A DNA stretch of 64,000 nt from the human T2T-CHM13v2.0 reference genome, Homo sapiens, in the NCBI RefSeq assembly GCF_009914755.1, contig NC_060926.1; one strand, given 5' to 3'. The notes beneath the pieces are model-generated. The model searched no databases. It had not been told where the DNA came from and worked only from the letters and a program-made list of their open reading frames with translations. Below, in pieces: positions 57,161 to 64,000 of the stretch. The position numbers and the translations under genes are program-made. The stretch's first letter is position 1. The number at the start of each line of letters is the position of its first letter.

Positions 57161-57924
57161 TATCTCCTTTTGGTAATGCTGCCCAAATACTACAATTGAT
57201 AGCTTACAAAAGAGTTGTTAATGATTTGGGAAATAATTGGTCTTGGGACTATGTGTGGTTTTTGCTGCTTTAGAGAATACCTTGAAACCGCATAGAATTG
57301 GATGAGAAATTCACAGTAATTCAGAGAAAACTGAATCAAAGCTTTACTTTGTCCAACAAATACTTTATCTATAGATAATTTGATAGTACAAATAAAATAT
57401 GAGAATTTTTTCTCTTTAAATAATTGGAGAGAAAAGGATGTTTTCAAGCATCTTTAAACTTATTTGGAAACATCTTGTCATATAAAAATCCAACCACCAG
57501 TTACAAATCAGCCTTGTCTGAGTTGAAGCAAGTCTGCAGAGATCTAAACTGGTGAAGGGCTAAGTGGAATGTATTGGCTTAGTTGGTATGGAGTTTGATA
57601 TTAAAAAAAGCATATTTTATGTAAAATAGTGCATCTTTTCCCTTTTACCTGTTTTCTTATTAAATCAAATAACCCTTTCTCCCAATTAAAAAAGCAGGAA
57701 AGAGGAAAGGAAGAGAGGAAATGAATATTTATTGGGCATCTAAACAGAAACATATATTTTAATAGACACTTTTACATGTTAACTCATTTAATTCTAAAAA
57801 TAGTCTTCTGCATTAGGTACTGATTATTCTTTGAATTCAAAAGAATACATCTTCAGGAATTTGTACAAGAGATACTCTGAATGTATTTGTGGTCGTATGT
57901 GAAGGGTTAGAATCAAGTCACACA

Positions 57925-58180
57925 CTTCTCAAAGACATGTTTTGTTTGGCCTGCAATATTGTTTTTAAAATTTTGAGCCAATTTCCAGCTTAGAGAAAAG
58001 TCAGAAACTCTGGCAACAGTGGGCCTACATCCAGAATTGCACCAAGTGGCTGGAGTACAGCAAGGATGCCCTTTCCACAGCCTGTGGTACCTACTTTGCC
58101 ATAGCCATGCTCTGGCCTGTGCTGCTTGGTGATATTTTCTCCCATGTCTTTGTCAGTGTTTTGATGGAGATCCATAAATG
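57925..58180. mobile_element. hAT-Charlie relic (MER102-like)
   Basis: gacatgttttgtttggcctgca...ctggcaacagtgggcctacat. Confidence 0.5.
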
Positions 58181-58692
58181 ATTAAAATCTTCTGCGTGGA
58201 TTGTTATTGAAGAGCTTTGAATGTACTTATTTGTTGACCACATATGTCAATTTTCAGATGAGAGCAAAACTGAATGGGGGGCAGTTGTTTGGAGCATCTT
58301 CTGAGGACAGCACTGTCTAATGGAAATCACCTTACCTTTTTGTTTCTGCTGCACCTCAATAACACTGGGGCAGATGTTGAAAGCCCCTGCCACCCTCTTC
58401 CATTCCTCTCTGCCCATCTTCAGCAAATATTTACAAAGCAGTTGGTGTGTGCTCAGCAGTGTGAGAGAGATACAGAGGTGACTGATGTGTACCTGCCCTC
58501 AAGGAACATATAGCCCAGAAGAGGATAAAACATAAGAGGATATAACTGCAATGTGAGAAGCTCTATCTATACCAGAAGAACAAACAAGGGTCCAACATAT
58601 ACAGGAAAGGCTGATTAATTCAGACTTATGGGATCTGGGTGGGTTTTTATAGCAAAAGTATTATTTAATTAAGCCAGAAGTCTGAGTAGACA

Positions 58693-58808
58693 TTTTTATA
58701 GTGGTAAAATATACGCAATATAAAATTTACCAGTTTAACTATTTTTAAGTGTGTAATCAGTGACATTAAATACCCTCAAAATGTTGTACTACCATCACTA
58801 CCATCCAT
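58693..58808 (-). mobile_element. Short L1MB 3' end fragment
   Basis: gtggtaaaatatacgcaatataaaatttacca..ttaactatttttaagtgt...ccatcactaccatcca. Confidence 0.8.
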
Positions 58809-59536
58809 TGGGTAGGCTTTTGATGGGTAGAGAAAGTGATATTATCAGGTTCAATCACTCACATGCATTTGTAGAACAACATGAACTAATTTACTCATCT
58901 GCTGCCTCAACCCAAAGAGGATTTGAGGTATATTATAAGAAAACGTAGCATACAATAAATCCAATCTATAAAGTTTTATAGATAATTAGAGCAAAGAAAT
59001 GAATTGTAAGGCTAGAAGACAAATTTGTTCACAGAAATTTTCTATAAGTTGGAGACAAATTTGTGTCCAAGCTTCATAGCTGTAAAAGCGAAGGGAATCA
59101 TGATTTTTTAAAAAAAATCCTTTAATGTAAAATTGTTATTGTAGAGGTTTTTTTCTGAAATCATTTGTGCTCCTTTCATATATTTGTTGTACCTTTTATT
59201 TGCATATACTGGATTGCTTCGGATTTTCTTATTTAAAAGTAGCTGGGGATTTTTAAAAGATATGCTACTTCTTTGAGATATTTCAGAGCTCAGCACCTAA
59301 GTAATTTATTTATTTTAAAAGGAAGGTTTACATTAATTTTATTTAAAATGATATATTTTATAATTTTTACAGCTACAAGGATAGGATAATAGTAATAGTA
59401 ATGGTTAAGAAATGCTTGCTATGGGCCAGAAACTGGACTAAATATTTTGCATATATGATTTAATTTTATCCTCACAATGTATCTGTGATGCATGTACTTT
59501 TTTCCCCTCTGCAAAGTGAGGCATACAGAAACTAAC

Positions 59537-59684
59537 CAGGTCTCATGAGAACTCACTATCATGAGAACAGCAAGGGGGAAATCTGCCCCCACAATCAAAT
59601 CACCTCTCACCAGGCCCCTCCTCCAACACTGGGGATTATAATTTGACATGAGATTTGGGCAAGGACACAAATCCAAACCATATC
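59537..59684 (-). mobile_element. Partial MST (MSTA-like) LTR
   Basis: gaactcactatcatgagaacagcaaggggga...catgagatttggg...caaaccatatca. Confidence 0.9.
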
Positions 59685-59706
59685 AGTAACAATAACAATA
59701 CTCTAG

Positions 59707-59866
59707 AGCAAGGGGTTGGCAAATATATTCTGCAAAGGGCCAGATAGTAAATATTTTAGGTTTTGTGGACTATATGGTCTTTGTCACAACAACTCAACTC
59801 AGTTGTAGAATGAAAGCAGCCATAGACAAAAAAATCAAACCGAGTGGCCGTGTTCCAATAAAACTC
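59707..59866. mobile_element. MER58A hAT-Charlie fragment
   Basis: ggggttggcaaa...aaagggccagatagtaaatattttagg...aaagcagccatagac...tgttccaataaaact. Confidence 0.85.
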
Positions 59867-60284
59867 TAGAGAACAGTTCACTGGCCCTTTGTAAGAAGGA
59901 ATCAAGGCTGTATTCACCCACTTCTCTACAGTTTCCTACAGGCCTTTGCTGTCCTCTGGCTTCTTAATCGAGATTGACTGGGGTTTCCAGATCATAAGGT
60001 CTTTTTAAACATATGTCATGTAATTCTCATATTACCCCAGTGAATGGATTGTTCCCTGGCTTTATGGATGAGAAACTAATATCAGGCACTTACAGGCCCC
60101 TGCTCAAGGCCACTAAGTGACCAAGAAGAAGCGCTAGTGTGAAGCCAGATGTTCTGACTTTGTAGGCAACTTCTCCTGCAATGTGTATCTTTCTATCCGC
60201 ACAGATCATAACATGAAAAATTAGCCTCATTTTGAATGACTTCGCTGATAGTGCCTATTGACTACTCATACTTTGGATATGTTG

Positions 60285-61250
60285 TTTACTTACTTATTCA
60301 TCCATTAAACCAATATTTATTGAAAGCCTCTTTTATGTCAGAAATGAAGCTAGATCCTAGTGATATAAAATCTGTCAAAAACTTATATGAGCCTTTCTCT
60401 TAGAGAATAGCAAAGAAGAAATATTACTCAAATAAGACCAAAAATACGACATTATTACTATTGTAGTAAAAACTGTGAAGGAGAAATATCTGTGAAGGAG
60501 AAGTATTCTAAATGTTTGAAGTCTATTATAGGGATATTTTATTCAGTCTATAGAAGTCAAGGAAGACTCCTCCTAAATAAGGGATAATTAAGAAGTAAAA
60601 AGAGAGGAAGGATTTAACAGGGCAACAAGAATTGAGGGTGTAAGAGCTAGCTTTCCAGACTGAGGAGCCAGCATGTGTAAAGGCACTGTGGCAGGAGGGA
60701 TCCAGACCAAGGTCATGTTATGGTTCTGACTGTCATCTTCGAGACCTCCCTGAGAGTACCTCTTTACCATTAAAAACAAAATGTAGTCATTAAAATATTT
60801 ACATAGAGGAACAATATGATCCCATTTTCATTTTGAGAAGATTGTTTTATTGCAGTAGGAAGAGTGGCTTGGACATAAATGGCTTGGTCTCATGGTTATG
60901 AGACCTCACTAGGCGTTACGGTGGCAATCACAGTGGATACAGAAGTGGATAGATGCAAGAGATAGCTGGGAGGTAAAATCAGTAGGATCAGTGGTGAACT
61001 GAGTAAGAGAGTTGAACTAGTGGAGATACTAAGAATGCCCCCTGGTTTTCTAAACATGGAAGGCTGGTAGCTCACTCACTGAACTGGAAGCATTCTTCTG
61101 GGATCTTTTAAGTGGAAGTATGAACCGTGTGAGTAGCCTTTCACATTTTGAGTTTGACATGCCTTTGAGACATCAAGGGAAGCCGTCAAATAACACTTAT
61201 AAGTCTTGACTGTTCAAAGGAATAATCTAGAATGAAAATTTGTGAGGGAT
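60285..61250 (-). mobile_element. L2 LINE fragment
   Basis: ttcatccattaaaccaatatttattga...gcatgtgtaaaggcactgtggcaggaggga...tgagtttgacatgcctttgagacatc. Confidence 0.75.
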
Positions 61251-64000
61251 GCCTGGTAGCTGAAATCAGCCGAGGTGTATCCATCTTCTCTTCACATATG
61301 CCTCAGTTTTGTTAAGTGAGGAGAAAATATTTCTTATAGTCTAATAAAATAAAATCAGTAAGTGATTAAACCAACTCAATGGGGTGGAAACAAAGACTCT
61401 CCATCACAAGGGACTTTCTAATGCATATAGTGCAAAAAAATATACTTTTAGGTTTGAGAACAAAACTGTATTTTCTTAGTTAAGTGGAGATAAATTTATC
61501 CCAACTCACATTTGGAATTCAGGAAAAACCATTAGTAATCACCTAGAGCTTGCTGCAAATCTTTGAGACTGTTGTAGCTGAGAACCAGGGTGAAAGTTTT
61601 GAAATCTGCATTGTGTAGAAAGGGCTTGTTGCTTGTTTATTGTGCATCTTTCTCTCCTTATGCCTCCTCTTTGCCTGAAGCTACCATCAGGAATGAGACA
61701 TTGCAGTTGCCATTTTCTGGTGAAGTATGTAAAAATAAACATGAGCTAAATGCACATTTATGTGGCGTTTAGAAGAGAGGCACTGCAACTCTACATCTGA
61801 TTTTACTTCTTCCTTCTTTGCTTTCTTTGGTTTTTGTCTGCAGTTTCTGCTGCAGCCGTGGGTGACTGCTGTATGGAATCATTAAAAAAATCGAGTCAGC
61901 TAAAAGAGGCAACTGGAAAAAAATAAACACTGCTACCTGGAGGCACAGATATTAGTTCTAACTCTTCTACAAACTGTGATCTCGAAAAAAAAATGACTTG
62001 ATTATTTAATTTCACTATAAAATGCAAAAGGAAGTTGGTTAAAGTATTCCCTAGAATCACGTGTCTCAGAACAAGACACTTAAACCAATCACCCCCTACC
62101 AGTGTACCTGGCATCAGAAGGATGCTGGGATGGGGGCTACCCACACTCTTAGAACAGTACCTGGCAGATAGATAGTGGGTCCTCAGTAAATATTTCATAA
62201 ATGGATGGATGAGTAACAAGTGATCATTGGTCTCTTTGAAGTTCTCCTAGGTCAAAGAACTTATTCAATTTTTCCTTCTTTCATTTTAAGACACCTCTCG
62301 CCACATCTTTCTTGTATTAAAGTTCACTCAAAGTGTGTCCAATAAATATTTGCTGAATTTCTCTTTAGAAGGTATCTGAAATCTTTTTCCAGAATTCCTA
62401 CCAGTTATTACTAAAGCACCTACAAACTCTAATAGTAGGCACTGCCAAGGTACTTTAAAAATAAAATCTTCCCATAGGAATTTCCAGTTTTAAAAAATCT
62501 TACAGAATTCTAACAACATGAGCAGCCCAACTCTCACCCTGGAGATTTTGTCTTCTCTTTCTCCTACATACATTTCTTATTATAGTCACTGCCTATCTTA
62601 CCCCAGAGTCCTTGGTTAGTAGCATCCATGTAGCAATTCACTCCTCACATTATCCAAGAAGCTTGCTAAACTCTCCTCTGGGGAATCAGTGGCCCTGACT
62701 GGGGATTAGGAATACATACAAATGAATTCAATGCAGTCGTTCTCTGTCCAGCAGTGGGAACAGACCCTAAATAGTCACAGAGTGATGGGAGATGCTATAC
62801 CAAGTGCCATGCTGCTAAGAGGAGTGGGGTACTGACTGCCCAGGGAAGCAGTGAAGACAGCTCAGAGAAAGGACACTGGAACAGAGCATGGAAGGATGAG
62901 TAGTAGTGGGTCAAGAAAGGAGATGAGGGAGGGCACCGTGAGTAGAAGGGTGACAGTGGCATGTAAGAACAAGTATATTCTAGTAATAGGGAGAAGCCAA
63001 GTATTGTTGAAATCTGGTTTCCCCAGACCACCTCCCCAGGGTGGAAAAGCAATGTCTTCATGCTGAGCTCTGGTTTCCCAAGTTCCTGCTCTAATGCCAC
63101 CATCTGTACCTGAGCTCTCCTGGCAAGATGCTTTAGGCTACCCTTCACGCTGGGCATAACAGGTGTTACCAGTGGTGCCTATGCCTAAGGTAAAGCTGAC
63201 AAATATCCCTGTGCATGAGAAAAACAGAAATCATATCTACCTGGTATAATGAATTACATTTCTTGAGGGAAGAGGTTTTTCTTCACACATTTGTGGATTC
63301 TCAAGAGATGGCATACGATCACACATTATGGGAAACTCCAAACTCTGTTAGCCTTCTGTCATGTCAGTTCTTATAGAACTTTTTATTTATATTTAACTTA
63401 TATCATTGAAGTTACCTAAAATTGAACAGGAAAGAAGTTTCTTTTGGAGGCTCCTTATATTGATTTATTTGATTTGGGGGAAGAGAGCATATTGGTTTTC
63501 TTCATTCAGTAGAGTTACATCTTAAAGTTTAAAAGTAACATTCCAAATTTGGGGACTCTCATCTTTATAATTGTATGCACTACTTCTTTTTATTGTTTCA
63601 AATGGGCAGTCTTTAATTTTTACCAGATTAAATACTTTGATAATTACTGAATTTTAATTTTCATGTAAAACACCATTGCCACACCACTTTTCCCCTGCTT
63701 TATTTTTTTCTTTCTAGAATAAAAATGCTAATTTTTTAGCACTCTGGCACTGTAGCCACACAGCCCAGATTTGAGGCTTGACCTTGAAAACACTATAGAG
63801 TGACATCAATTTCGCAGTCAAGTTACCATAAGGATAGTTTTAGTGCTGGGCAAAACGGGTATATGTCAGCTCACAGGTGTCTCATGCACACTCTCTCTGT
63901 TTTAGTTACCTTGGGTTCATACCATTACATTTCCCTTGCTTTGTGAATCTGAATTTAAACCAGCCTCATCTTAAGCCAATCCTTCAGCTTCCCTCAGGGA

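Noticed and set aside
58860-59100. Possible L4/RTE-type LINE relic
   Set aside because: The resemblance is too degenerate to call without a profile search.
60473-60506. 17-bp tandem duplication ctgtgaaggagaa(a/g)tat
   Set aside because: Ordinary slippage duplication inside an L2.

Overview
AT-rich, CpG-depleted primate (probably human) intronic or intergenic DNA. I find no credible cellular protein-coding gene, rRNA, tRNA or CRISPR array. The only long ORFs (19960-23334, minus strand) are frameshifted pieces of LINE-1 ORF2 in a 5'-truncated ~3.5 kb L1PA element, which sits inside an older L1M. The rest is a typical repeat mosaic: five Alus, MaLR/ERVL solo LTRs, hAT and Tc2 DNA-transposon relics, L2/MIR fragments and microsatellites, several with readable target-site duplications (TSDs). 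The most unusual structure is a 183-bp, ungapped, 95.6%-identical inverted repeat that I cannot match to a transposon (13710-13892 / 15034-15216, 1141-bp spacer), with a 13-bp templated junction copy. Other oddities are an L1PA junction that looks like an insertion-mediated deletion with ~125 bp of filler, a small CpG-retaining motif-rich patch, a phased nuclear-receptor motif cluster, a CTCF-like site and several CNE-like blocks. Repeat subfamily names come from recalled consensus sequences, not a database search, and old-repeat boundaries are approximate. I cannot identify the locus.
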